Shown one piece after another: positions 36,350 through 49,377 of a stretch of DNA of 64,000 nucleotides. Each line of letters starts with the position of its first letter. Position 1 is the stretch's first letter. Source of the DNA: Octopus sinensis (lineage: Eukaryota); assembly GCF_006345805.1 (NCBI RefSeq), contig NC_043021.1:10106001-10170000 (forward strand), given 5' to 3'. The notes under the pieces are model-generated. The model was not told the origin of the DNA. It saw nothing but the letters and a program-made list of their open reading frames with translations, and did not search any database. The position numbers were made by a program, and so were the translations under genes.

Positions 36350-36863
36350 TATATATATATACATATATATGTAAATATATAAACCTGTAGCTGTTTTATT
36401 TTAGGTTTTATGAACAGAATACGTGTTTATATCTAGATGTAGATACGTGTATATATAACCAAGTATATACGTCTGTATATATATTGCCAGCTGTGTGTAT
36501 ATCCAGATGTATATATATTTAGAATATAATACACACACTTTACACATGCACTTTCTCTCTCTCTCTCCCTCATACACACATATAACTCCACATCTACCCC
36601 ACATTATCAATCTTTCTCATGAAAGCATTTATGTGATTGCACAATTCACTAGAAATAGCTGCCAAATTTCCTCTAATTAACGGTCGTAAAGAAAAGACCC
36701 CCAAAACAAACCACCCGTTTGTTTATGGTTAAAATGTCTTCGAATCTTAGATTTGTCCAACCTGTGCTGACCTATGTATTAAACAACAATAACATGCACT
36801 CTTTCGCTTTCAATCTCTCGTCCTCAATTTTGCAACCGTTATGATAAGACATCTGAATTCTTT

Positions 36864-36895
36864 CCCCCTGAAGAAGGGCTAATATCCGAAACGTT
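36864..36895 (+). ncRNA. Partial hammerhead-like core (no stem I partner)
   Basis: CUGAAGA A GGG-CUAAUA-UCC GAAA CGUU. Downstream CCCCC cannot pair with upstream CCCC. Confidence 0.3.
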
Positions 36896-37635
36896 CCCCC
36901 TATTTCACGGTAAACTTCTAACTGAACTGAAATTATATATACATATATATATATTTTCGGAATTTTATGGTTATTTTTCCCCCCGATAGAAGCGACCGCG
37001 ACTTTGCTAAGATATCAGGTTTTTAGATATGTATACAGACGCAGGCATGGCCGAATGCTTAAAAAGTTTGTTCGTCAGTAGTGTTTCCTTGTTCGATCCT
37101 ACTGCGTGACATCTTGGTGAAGTGTCTCATAGAAAAGCATCGGTTCAATTCGAACGTTATGAGTAAAATTGGGGACATGTTGAACTCGGGGGGGAAGCCC
37201 ATCCCGTTAGAATAAGGCTGCAGGAGTTTAAAAAAGATTCACTCGCTCATACTGTCGCGCTAATTTTCTGCCAGAGGTTTACGTTAAATGAACAAGTGTC
37301 TTTGGAATACTTGATCAACGAGACGCCTCTTCAACGATTAGGGGCAATTCAGCTGATCGAATAATAAACGGAATAACCATCATTTAAAAGCGATGAAGAT
37401 GCATATCTTCCTTACTTCCCCGTTTCTTCCACCCCACCATATATGTATATTTGTTTGTGTGTGTGTGATACGAACGACGTTTTACAATTGCTGTTTGTTT
37501 ATGCGATTATAAAGGAATTTTATTAGTCCGATTCTCGTGATAGTATCCTGTTATCGTTTGATCTTTGGTCATACTAATATTATATTTTATAGGTAATTTA
37601 TATTTTTTAAAAATCTGAACATTTTAGACCATACA

Positions 37636-37666
<31 letters not shown>

Positions 37667-39121
37667 CATACGTACACAAGTGTGCTGCCCGACTTTGTTT
37701 CCTCATAACTTCTTCCAGAAAAATGATTATTTTTTAATGAAATTTTCTACAACTATGCTTCAGATGGTGTAGATTATATTATCGGAATTTGTTGTGAAAA
37801 AAGTTTTTCCGAAAGTGACTAGAGGAGTTTCGGAAAATTCATGAGTTGGGCTTTCTTTCCTCATAACTTTTCAAAGAATTGATATTTTTTAATGATTTTT
37901 TTCTTCTTATAAATACCTTTCAGATGGTGTATATTAGGATTATATTGTAACTTAATATAAAAAGAAAAATATTAGATGGGCTCGTGCTCATAAACATCAT
38001 AAAATGATACTTGAATTTTCGAAAAAAAATAATAAAAAATTGTGATATGTGTCAGTATGTATGGGTGCAATCCCACCAATTTTTCTTTCTTTTTTCATAT
38101 CAAACAAATTTCGATATAATTCTAATATACACCATCTCAAAGGTATTTATATTATTAAAAAAATTTCATTGAAAAAAAAAAAAAAAGTCTTTCGAACCAA
38201 AAGTACCCATTTTTCTCAGAGTTATGAGAAACAAAAACGACTTTGCGAATTTTCCGAAATTCCCCTCTCCACCATCGGAAAAAAAAAAAAAATTCACAAC
38301 AAATTCCGATATAATCAGAATCTGCACAATTTGAGGCATATTTATAAAAAAAAATTTCACTGAAAAAAATGTCTATTTTTCTGGAAGTTATGCGGAAACA
38401 AATTTAGCTATAGGAGGACCATTGTGAGGTATACAATGTGTGTGTATATATATATATATGTATATATATATTTGTTTATGTTTTAATGTTTATATAATTT
38501 TCGTGTGTTTATAAGCGAGGTTCTTCCTGCGATCTTGTTTTGGTCCGCCATTACTTTTTCGATGAGAAAACAAACATCGTTTGTGTTGTGTTGTGTTGCG
38601 TGCGCCTGTGAGTTTGTAATACTTTTTTTTATAACGTCTGTGTATTTCCAATGTCTGTGCATATATATATATATATATACGAGGGGAATGCCTTTAGACG
38701 GGGGTCGATTTCAACGTCGACACCGAGGGATTGGGATGGTGCGGAGGGGACCCCCCCCCGAGAGTGATGGGAGGAGGAGGAGGAGGAGGAAGTAGGTTGC
38801 TCACCGTTGTTGCTTTCTTTTTTGCCCCCAATTTACCCCCCCCCTGTGTTTGGTAGACACTAAGAAACACGTTATTTTTTTTCATATTTATATACATCTA
38901 TTTATCTTACGTAAATATTTATCATGCTTCGTTCACACACACACACACATATATATATATTTTGGGATGACAGTGCCCCAGCATGGCCACAGCTCGTGAG
39001 CTGAAACTAGATAAAATATAAAAATATACAATATATATATATATATATAATAAAACTTTACATATATAAATATAAATAACGTGAAATACACGAAGGGACG
39101 AACATAAAAAACAGACGGGTC

Positions 39122-39179
<58 letters not shown>

Positions 39180-39390
39180 ATTAATGTGTGTGTGTGTATT
39201 TTGTTTTAGTCATTTGACTGCGGCCATGTTGGAGCATCGCCTAGAGAGGTTTTAGCCGAAATAATCGAACTCCAGGACTTATTTTTAAAGATCTTGTACT
39301 TATTCGGTCAGTTTCCATTTGACGAGCTGCTAGTTTACGGTGTAGTAAACACACCACTAGTTATCAAGCGGTGATGGGCAGACAGACTCA

Positions 39391-39423
<33 letters not shown>

Positions 39424-39573
39424 GGGCGCAAGAGTGGCTGTGTGGTAGGTTTGCTTACCAACCACATTGCGTGGCACATTGGGGAGTGTCTTCTACTATA
39501 GCCTTGGGCTGACCAAAGCCTTGTGAATGGAATTGGTAGACAGAAACCGAAAGAATCCTCTCGTGTGTGTATG

Positions 39574-39610
<37 letters not shown>

Positions 39611-40629
39611 ATATATATATATATATATATCTATATATATATATGTATATATGCATTTGTGTCTGTTTGTCCCTCACCATCGCCTGACAATCGACGTTGG
39701 TGTGTTTACGTTCCTGTAAACTAACGGTTTGGCAAAAGTAAACGATAGAATAAGTCCTGGGGTCCATTTCTTTGACTAAAGGCAGTGCTCCAACATAGCT
39801 GCAGTCAAATGACTGAAAAAAGTAAAACAATATATATATATATATATACATACACACACGCGAGGTTGGTACGCAGTGGGACTGAACCCAGACCATGTGG
39901 TAGGGAAGCAAGCTTCTTATCTATATATATATATATATATGTACATTTTTTAAATATGGTGTATTCTTGTATGTTTTTGTCCACACACACACACACATAT
40001 GTGATGGGCTTCTTTCAATTTCTGTCTACCAAACGCACCCAAAGCATGAGGCTATAGTAGAACATACCTGCCCAATGTGTTACGCAGTGGGACTGAACCC
40101 AGAACCATGTAGTTGGGAAGCCAGCTTCATTCCACACATTATTCTATACATGTGTGTGTGTGTGTGTATATAAATATATATGTATATATATATTATATAT
40201 ATATATATATATATATGTACATACAAAGTGCATATGTGCAAGCGTGGTTGTGTGGTAAGAAGCTTGCTTCCCAACCACATGGTTCCAGGTTCAGTCTCAC
40301 AGTGTGACACCTTGGGCAAGTGTCTTCTATTATAGCCTCAAACAGATCAAAGCCTCGTTAGTGGATTTGGTAGATGGAAACTGAAAGAAACCCATTGTAT
40401 ATATATATGTGTGTGTTTTCCCCCCACTACTTGACAACTGATGTTGGTGTGTTTATGTCCTCCTAACCAAGCTTTTCAACAAAAGAGGCCAATAGAATAA
40501 GTACTAGGTTTACAAAGAATAAGTTCTGGGGTCAATTTGTTCAAGTGGAGGTGGTGCTCCAGCATGGCTGCAGTCAAATGACTGAAACAAGTAAAAGAGT
40601 ATATGTATTTGTATGTATGTATGTATGTA

Positions 40630-41730
40630 CATATATATATCATCATCATCATCATTTAACATCCACTTTCCATGCTGGCATGAGTTGGATGGTATGACAG
40701 TGGACTGGTGAGCCAGAGGCTGCACCAGGCTCAATCTGATCTGGCCAAGTTTCTACAGCTGGATGCCCTTCCTAACGCCAACCACTCCAAGAGTGTAGTG
40801 GGTGCTTTACGTGCCACTGGCACGAGGGCCATTCAGGTGGTTCTGGCAATGACCATGCTCAAAGGGTGTTTTTACATGCTACTTGCATGGGGGCCAGTCC
40901 AATGGCACTGGCAATGACCATGTTCGAATGTTTTTCCTGTGCCACCTGCACATGTGGTGGTAAGGCGACACTGGCAATGATCACGCTCGAATGGTGCTTT
41001 TCATGAGTCACTAGCACAGGAGCCAATCTGTGTCCCTGGCAACGATCATGCTTGGATGTGCTTTTAATGATCCACTGCCACGTGTGCCAATCAGGCGGTA
41101 CTGTCGTCAGTGATTTTTATTTGTTTACACTTGCCTCAATAGGTCTTCGCAAGCAAAGTTCATAGTCCAATGAATGAGGGGTATTCATAAGTGGGCCGGT
41201 AACACCCCACGTTCAGATGTGCTTTTAATGTTCCACTGGCATGAGTGCCAATCAGGTGGTACTGTCATTGGTCACGTCAGCGATTTTGATTTCACTTGCC
41301 TCAATAGGTCTCCACAAGCCAGGTTTATTGTCCAATGAATGAGGGGTATTCATAAGTGGGCTGGTTACACCCACTGGCATAGGCCATGGGCCATTGTCTC
41401 ACTTGGCTTGCAGGGTCTTCTCAAGCACAGCATATCTCCAAAGGTCTCGGTCACTAGCCATTGCCTTGGTTAGGCCCAATGTTCAAAGGTCGTGCTTCAC
41501 CACCTCATCCCAGGTCTTCCTGGGTCTACCTCTTCCACAGCTTCCCTCAACTGCTAGGGTGTGGCACTTTTTCACACAGCTATCCTCATCCGTTCTCACC
41601 ACATGATCATACCAGCGCAGTCGTCTCTCTTGCACACCACATCTGATGCTTCTTAGGTCTAATTTTTCTCTCAATGTACTTACACTCTGTCGAGTATGCA
41701 CACTGACATTGACAATTTGCATCCCCATCT
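40630..41730 (-). mobile_element. 5'-truncated RTE LINE (C-terminus, 3' UTR, (GAT)n tail), antisense in GMPS intron 1
   Basis: ORF 41483-41728 (RQSVSTLREKLDLRSIRCGVQERRLRWYDHV...RPRKTWDEVVKHDL) is nearly identical to 53586-54074. Confidence 0.9.
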
Positions 41731-42597
41731 CTAATCATCTGTTTCTCTCCCCTCACACTCATATCCACTCTCTCCTCTCTTCTCATAACCCATTGTCTGT
41801 ATCTTCTCTTATTCTCACCTTGTTGTACCTTAAGAGTTTGCTCTGGCACCCCATTGTTACTCTTATCTCCTTCCCAGTTACTGCCACCCACTCTTCTTTA
41901 GCAAGATACTTGTGCTTGTCCCACTAACATATTTTACCCTTTTAGCATCGAGCATAAAGCCCCCACCCCCAGCAGAGGGAGCTTTTTCTCTGTTCTTTTT
42001 CTGTCTTGCAAGTTACTCAGCAACCTTGCTAGTGCCAGTGGCACGAAAACAAGCACCCAGTACACATTGTTGTGTGGTTGGTGTTAGGAAGAGTGCCTAA
42101 CTGTAGAAACCATAGCAAAGATGACCCTAGGACCCTGCAAAGCCCTATGGTTTGCCAGATCCTGTTAAACTGTCCAACCTATGCCAAAATGGAAAATGGA
42201 TTTTAAATGATGATGATATACAGAATATGGAATTAGGAAAGGAATTTAGAAGACCTGCTCACCACAGCAAAATTGAGATCCTAAAACCAAAGTACCTCAT
42301 AAAAATCATTGGTGTGGGTGCTGGTACTATTTAAAAAAAGCACCCACTACATGAGGGAGGTTATCCAGCGATAGAAACCAAGCCAAAATTCCAACCCATG
42401 CCAGCATGGAAAATGGATAGTAGATGATGATGAATTGTTGGGAGGACCACGACAAACTTTTTTGTCAATTGTTCAAAAGCAGAAAATGAAGTGATTTAGT
42501 TAATGGCACTGTGGCACCCTACTCCTAGGAATATGGTTGCACTTGGATAAACTGCCCTGGTAAAAGAAGAAACGAAGATCATAAAATGGATGTTTGA

Positions 42598-42813
42598 TCC
42601 TTTAGCATTTTAATCAGCCATATCCAGTCCAAATATTCTACCTGTTTTGTATCCAAATTGGCCAGAGCTGACCTCTCAAACCTGCTCCCTTATGTCCTTC
42701 AAAAAAATAAAGTCATATTATCAAAGTCTCAAGCCTTTGAGATTATACATAATTTATTCAAAATATAAATAAGTAAGCATTACTTTTGACGGAGTAATCT
42801 GAATGTGAGAGGG
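42598..42813. mobile_element. piggyBac-type MITE family G (CCCTTTAGCATT termini)
   Basis: Right end GTAATCTGAATGTGAGAGGG|TTAA. Related fragments at about 4790-4900, 13550, 14345-14525, 26790 and 49800. Confidence 0.5.
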
Positions 42814-43189
42814 TTAAGGAATGGGAGAGTAAGGAAAATGGTAAAACATTTGAGATGGGTGGAGACAGAAAAAAAAGATGTTGGGAAGAGGAGATTGCCG
42901 TGTACCAACAACCTCTTGGTTTGGATCTTGTCTTTTATCTTTTACTTGTTTCAGTCACTACACTGTGACCATGCTGGGGCACCACCCTGAATCTGTTTTT
43001 AGTTGAATGAATCGGCCCAAGTACTTCTCCTTTTCTCTTCTGTTTTTTTTTAAACAGGTGGTACTTAATCTATCGGTCGCTTTTACCGAACTGCTAAGTT
43101 ATGGGGACACAAACACACCAACACCGGTTGTCAGGCAGTGGTGGGGAGACGAACATAAATACAAAGACATACACTCATGGAGATATGTG

Positions 43190-43194
43190 TGTGC

Positions 43195-43240
<46 letters not shown>

Positions 43241-43262
43241 ATGTATTATATATGTGTGTGTG

Positions 43263-43295
<33 letters not shown>

Positions 43296-43307
43296 ATGTA
43301 TTATATA

Positions 43308-43366
<59 letters not shown>

Positions 43367-43427
43367 ATGTATTATATGTTTGTGTATATATATATATATA
43401 TGTGTGTATGTATTATATATGTGTGTG

Positions 43428-43458
<31 letters not shown>

Positions 43459-43475
43459 ATATGTATGTATGTATT

Positions 43476-43505
<30 letters not shown>
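43190..43505. repeat. Compound (TA)n/(TG)n microsatellite
   Basis: Direct reading. It produces the spurious YI/CV ORFs in the track. Confidence 0.95.
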
Positions 43506-43509
<4 letters not shown>

Positions 43510-43598
43510 ATCCAAACAAAGAACAAACATGAAAAAAAAAACAGTGCAAGGATGTGGTACACACACACATATATGTATATATGTGTGCATGTACATAC

Positions 43599-43665
43599 GT
43601 AATGTGAGATAATAGTTTCACTTGATGGTAAAAGTATGAAAAGTGAAACTATTATCTCACATTAC
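43599..43665. repeat. Perfect 25-bp inverted repeat with 17-nt loop
   Basis: gtaatgtgagataatagtttcactt / aagtgaaactattatctcacattac. Confidence 0.9.
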
Positions 43666-43920
43666 AATAGAGATGTTATTGTTTCACTTTTGACACGTAA
43701 TGCCAAAACAGTGTAAGAGATTGCTCCAGGCTTGCATAAGGCAAGAAGGTGAAAAGTTTTTGGCCCATGACACTCCATGGACCCTAAATAGTGCATGTGT
43801 AAAATTTGAATGAAATCAGATGGGTAGTTCTCGAGTTTTAGTGATGCACACATACACAGAGTCAGGTAGACAGACAGGCATTCTGAGTTTTATATATGTA
43901 TATGTATTTACGTATGTGTA

Positions 43921-43973
<53 letters not shown>

Positions 43974-43974
43974 G

Positions 43975-44019
<45 letters not shown>

Positions 44020-44254
44020 GGCCTCCGTGCCAGTGGCACGTAAAAAGCACCCACTACACTCTCGGAGTGGTTGGTGTTAGGAAGGGCATCAAGCTGTAGA
44101 AACATTGCCAAATCAGACTGGGCCTGGTGCAGCCTTCTGGCTTCCCAGACCCCAGTTGAACTGTCCAACCCATGCTAGCATGGAAAGCGGACGCTAAACG
44201 ATGATGATGATGATGATATATATATATGTATATATGTGTGTGTGTGTGTATATG

Positions 44255-44793
44255 TATGCCTCCTTCTTTCCACAAGGCCTTAGAGTTAACTCTGCCGCCT
44301 ACACTGAGGTACTGGAAATAATTTAAGCCCTGGACACACAGTATGCAATGGAAGGCTATGTATTTCTGTAAGACTCTGCACTGTCACACAGGGCTCTAGT
44401 AACACAGGAAGAGAGGGCTGAAAATTTTCATGATCACACAACCCCTAATATTTGTCCTCCTAATTCTCCAGATCTCAATCTATTGGACCATTACATGTGG
44501 AGCATAGTTGAGAGGTCAATGAACACGCCCATAGCACCAAAGATACTTTTGAAAGCTGCCATAGTCAGAGTAACGTCCAAAATGAACCAGGACCACTTGA
44601 TTTGAGCATGCAGATTACTTTGATCTCGAATAGAAGCAGTTGTTGAAACTGAAGGTGGGTTTATGAATAACATTATAGAAAAGAAGGTTTATTTTTATCC
44701 TCATAGCATTTCTTGATAAATAAAGCTATTATCTGTTATTATATATCAGTTTTTATATAAGGGTAATTGTCTTCAATAATCTTATGCACCCTG
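44255..44793 (+). pseudogene. DD37D (maT-type) mariner transposase fossil with probable right end
   Basis: QGLRVNSAAYTEVLE...DSALSH...PPNSPDLNLLDHYMW...SRIEAVVETEGGF, with 37 residues between the second and third Asp. Ends with GCACCCTG. Confidence 0.85.
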
Positions 44794-45246
44794 GTTCCAA
44801 GTTCAATCCCATTGTGTGGTGCCTTGGGCAAGTGTCTTCTACTATAGTTTCGGGCTGACCCAAACCTTGTGAGTGGATTTGGTAGAAACTGAAAGAAGAC
44901 CATCATATATATATATATTGGCCGTTGCCAGCCTCGCCTGGCCCCCGTGCCGGTGGCATGTAAAAAGCACCATCCGACCGTGGCCGTTTGCTAGCCTCGT
45001 CTGGCACGTAAAAAGCACCCACTACACTCACGGAGTGGTTGGCGTTAGGAAGGGCATCCAGCCGTAGAAACATTGCCAGATCAGACTGGGCCTGGTGCAG
45101 CCTTCTGGCTTCCCAGACCCCAGTTGAACCGTCCAACCCATGCTAGCATGGAAAGCGGACGCTAAATGATGATGATGATGATATATTTTCTGTAGTTTCA
45201 GCTCAGTGCTGCGGCCATGCTGATGCACCGCCGCTAAAAATGTGTG

Positions 45247-45354
45247 ACGCTTACACACCTAGGCTTCCCAAGTGGTCACCCATCTAAGTACTAACTAGCC
45301 TTGACGTTGCTAACTTCGGTGATTGGACGAGAACCAGTGCTTTCAACGTGATAT
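45247..45354 (-). pseudogene. 5S rRNA: 5S rRNA pseudogene (about 108 nt, 5' end lost)
   Basis: Minus strand atatcacgttgaaagcactggttctcgtccaatcaccgaagttagcaacgtcaaggctagttagtacttagatgggtgaccacttgggaagcctaggtgtgtaagc is collinear with animal 5S rRNA. A T5 run follows at 45236-45240. Confidence 0.9.
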
Positions 45355-45828
45355 ATATATATTATATACACACACATACATACATATATATATATATATT
45401 TATGTGTGTGTGTGTGTATATCTGTGTTTGTTCCTGCACCATTGTTTAACAACTGATGCTAGTGTGTTTATGTCCCCATAACTTAGTGGTTCAGTTGAGA
45501 GACCGATAAAATAAGTTCTAGACTTAGAAAGAATAAGTCCTGGGGTCAATTTCTCTGACTAAACCCTTTTAAAATGGTGCTCCAGCATGGCTGCAGTCAG
45601 TGAAAGAATAAAAGAATAGCTTAACCTACACAAGTGAATGTGTGACAAAAAAATAAGAATTTTGAAAGAAGTATCTACAAAACTAGTGAATGGCTATGGG
45701 GGTCCTCCAGAATAAAAATAGTAATCAAAGGGGTCCATAATTAAAAGTGTTTGAGAATCCCTGAAAGCTGTATTGAAAATTGGAACATAAAACTTGGTAA
45801 ATAACATAATGGTAATGGAGTGGGTTAA

Positions 45829-46384
45829 CCCTTTCGTTACCGTATTTATTTTGAGGTGCTCTGTGTTTCTTTTAATTCATTTTAAGTATAACAAAAAATT
45901 TAGTAAAATAACTTAGTTATCATTCAGCTAGTGTTAGAAACATAAATTGCAAGATTTGGTGGAAGATTTTAATTCGGTACTTTTGAAAACAAGCCATTTG
46001 TACTACAGAGCTAGAGGCGGTTTCAGCTGGGTTGGTATCAAAAGGGTTAAATATAACCAAGAATTTTGTAAAATAACTTAGTTATCATTAAGCTAGTGTT
46101 AGGAACATAAATTGTGACTAAGGTTTGGTGGAAGATTTTAGTTCAGGACTTTTGATAACAAGACATTTGTACTACAGAACCAGAGGCAGTTTCAGCTGGG
46201 TTGGTATCAAAAGGGTTAAATATAACCAAGAATTTTGTAAAATAACTTAGTTATCATTAAGCTAGTGTTAGGAACATAAATTGTGACTAAGGTTTGGTGG
46301 AAGATTTTAGTTCAGGACTTTTGATAACAAGACATTTGTACTACAGAACCAGAGGCAGTTTCAGCTTGGTTGGTATCAAAAGGG
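45829..46384. mobile_element. piggyBac-type MITE F followed by two tandem 169-bp duplications of its 3' part
   Basis: Full copy at 45829-46046. Units 46047-46215 and 46216-46384 each start at TTAAATATAACC and end AAAGGG. Confidence 0.9.
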
Positions 46385-47433
46385 TTATGGTGGACCCAAT
46401 GAAGAGTCGAGTCGGTCTGTCTACCATGTCAGTTGGTGTTGAAAGATTTGTCAAGGTCAAAAGACAGTTCTTATTGGAGTTGCACAGGTTTGTTGTTGAG
46501 AGAGGGTGGTAGGAGAGAGATTAACAGAGGCACTATCAGGTAAGGTGGTAACTGGAGGGAAAGTGAAAAATTAGTATCAGAAGGTCAGTGAATGGGCAGG
46601 TGTGAGTGGAGGATGCAGTGCTACCTGATATTATATATGGGTGGTATTATTATTAAGGTGGTAAGCTGGCAGAATCGTTAGCCTGCTGGGCAAAATGCTT
46701 AGTGGCTGTATTTTATCTGTCTTTATGTTCTGAGATCAAATTCAATATGCACAAACTGAGTACTTTTGAGTTATGAGTGGTATGATTCAGTGAGTATATA
46801 TATATATGTATATGTGTGTCTCTGTGTATCTGTCTCCCACCACTGCTTGACAACCGGTGTTGGTGTGTTTATGTCTCTGTAACTTAGTATTTTGGCAAAA
46901 GAGACTGATAGTGTAAGTACCTGGCTTAAAAAAAAGTTCTTCAAGGCGGTGCCCCAACATGGTCACAGTCTAATGAGTGAAATAAGAAAAATAAAAAAGA
47001 TTATATATATATATATAAGCACAGACGTGGTTGTGTGGTAAGAAGCTTGCTTCTCAACCACATGGTTCCAGGCTCAGTCCCACTGTGTGATAACTTGGGC
47101 AAGTGTCTTCTACTATAGCCTCAGGCTGACCAAAGCCTTGTGAGTAGTTTTGGTAGACGGAAACTGAAAGAAGCCCATCGTATATATATATATATGTGTG
47201 TGTGTTTGTTTGTGTTCCACCCCCTCCCTGTCCATCGCTTGACAACCGTTGCCTGTGTGTTTATGTCCCCTATAACTTAGCAGTTCGGCAAAAGAGACTG
47301 ATAGAAATAAGTACTACACTTACAAAGAATAAATCTATGGGGTTGATCTCTTAGAAGAAAGCCCGTTAAGGCAGTGCTCCAGCATGGCCACAATCAAATG
47401 ACTGAAACAAAAGAAAACAAATGTGTGTGTGTG

Positions 47434-47486
<53 letters not shown>

Positions 47487-48744
47487 GCTTGTATGTATGC
47501 CCCATGGTTCTTCATATACTTAAATATCACACTGTATTACATCTCAGTTTACATCATATGACATCAACTCAAATTACATGACACCACTTTGTTTGACACC
47601 AACTAAAGCCTCACTGACTGCACCACACCAAATCACGTCCATCGTATGTTGTACTATCCCACACTATGAACCAACTAAGTAAGCACATGGATGCCCAACA
47701 TGCTGGAAATAGTGACCAAATCTTCATCAAATGTGTTAAGTAATCCCTCAGCATAGTGCAGTTCATCTATCGTGGTTTATTATTTAAGCTTACGTCAATC
47801 CCTCCGTGGTGTTGTTTTGCATTTAGAATAATATAAATATATACAGGTGCAGGAGTGGCTGTGTGGTAAGTAGCTTGTTTATGAACCACATGGTTCCGGG
47901 TTCATTCCCACTGCATGGCACCTTGGGCAAGTGTCTTCTACTATAGACTTGGGCCCACCAAAGCCTTGTGAGTGGATTTGGTAGACGGAAACTGAAAGAA
48001 GCCCATCGTGTATATATATATATATATATATACATATATGTATGTGTGTGTATAGGTTTGTTTATCTGTGTTTGTCCCCCCCAACATCACTTGGCAACCG
48101 ATGGTGGTGTGTTTACGTCCCTGTAACTTAGCGGTTCGGCAAAAGAGACCGATAGAATAAGTACTAGGCTTCCAAAGAATAAGTCCTGGGGTTGATTTTC
48201 TCGACTAAAGGTCGTACTCCAGCATGGCCGTAGACAAATGACTGAAACAAGTAGAAGAGCAGAAGAGTAAAATTATAAAAATAACTAAAAATAAATACAT
48301 GGTACAGTACTGTTTATACTTTGCGGATTTTCACCTATCACAGGTGCTTTTGGAATGTAACATCCATGATTTCAAGGGATTATTGCATATAGTCCTATCA
48401 ATATAAAAGATAGGATGACCTTAGATGGAACACAGAGCTATTCTTCATTGTGTTAGATCTTATGTTTTATCTTGTTTACTATCTTAAATTGACCTTGTCC
48501 ACTGTCTGCAGTAGATTGTGATTGCTATCTGAACTAAATCATGACTGTTTTCTGCAATAGACTGTGACTGCTGTTTGCAATAGTCCCGAATAGAACTTTC
48601 ATGTTTTGTGTCTTAAACAAACTTTGTCAGTTATTCCAAAGTGATCATATCCTCCAATCAAAGTACACCCTGAACTTGTGTCCAAAACTACCCGTGTCCT
48701 CTGTCTAAAGTAGACCTTGTCCCTTTAGTCAAAATAAAGCGACA

Positions 48745-49248
48745 CCGTAAATCTTTGAGTATAATACGCAGGAGATTTTTAGGGGGCTGTACCTCTGAAA
48801 AACCTAAACTTTGTGTATAATATGCACCCCTTCTCTAACTTGAGTCATGTGTAATTAAGCCAGCAGCACCTAGTCGAACAAACACTTCCATGCATGCGTA
48901 ATACAATAATGGTGATGTTCTTAACTGTTATATGGGAATGTAAATATGTTTGCAAATTGTTTTTGTTACATGTTATTCTGTGTTCTTAATACTTTTATTT
49001 TAATAAATGTTGCTTACTGCAAGTTATGAATGATTCTTTTATGACTTCATTGCTTTCAGGCTTAGCTTAAGGTATTTTCGCGCCCGACATCACAAAATGC
49101 GTCTGAATAAACATTGCCGGACAGCAAATAGAGACTAGGACATTGCTTAGAAAATATTTTTCATTTTTAACCCCGTATATAGTACGCACTAGGGATTTTG
49201 ACCTTTAAATTTTGGGGAAAAAATGCAGATTATACTCGAGATTTATGG
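48745..49248. mobile_element. Tc1/mariner-type MITE (family of 7113-7591)
   Basis: Reverse-orientation homology to 7113-7591. Ends GATTATACTCGAGATTTATGG|TA. Confidence 0.85.
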
Positions 49249-49276
49249 TATTAATGATTTTTCTTTCTATCTTCAG

Positions 49277-49377
49277 ATTTTAGAATGAATGGATCCACAA
49301 ATAACCATATCAATGGAGTTATCCCAGATGCAGATGGGAAAATTGCTATTTTAGATGCAGGTGCACTGTATGCAAAG
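49277..49377 (+). CDS. GMPS: GMP synthase exon (ATG at 49285): MNGSTNNHINGVIPDADGKIAILDAGALYAK
   Basis: cttcAG acceptor and AAG|GTGAG donor. Matches human GMPS VVILDAGAQYGK. Confidence 0.9.

Noticed and set aside
43007-44275. Long ORFs rich in YI/CV/HT repeats (also 22230-22505, 25134-25451, 25640-25897, 30350-30711 and others)
   Set aside because: They are translations of (TA)n, (TG)n, (ATT)n or (CAT)n microsatellites, not genes.
46390-46640. Possible decayed CR1 RT fragment on the minus strand (similar purine-rich tracts at 18330-18560 and 51050-51490)
   Set aside because: Only a faint FDLDKSFNT-like resemblance, too degraded to call by eye.
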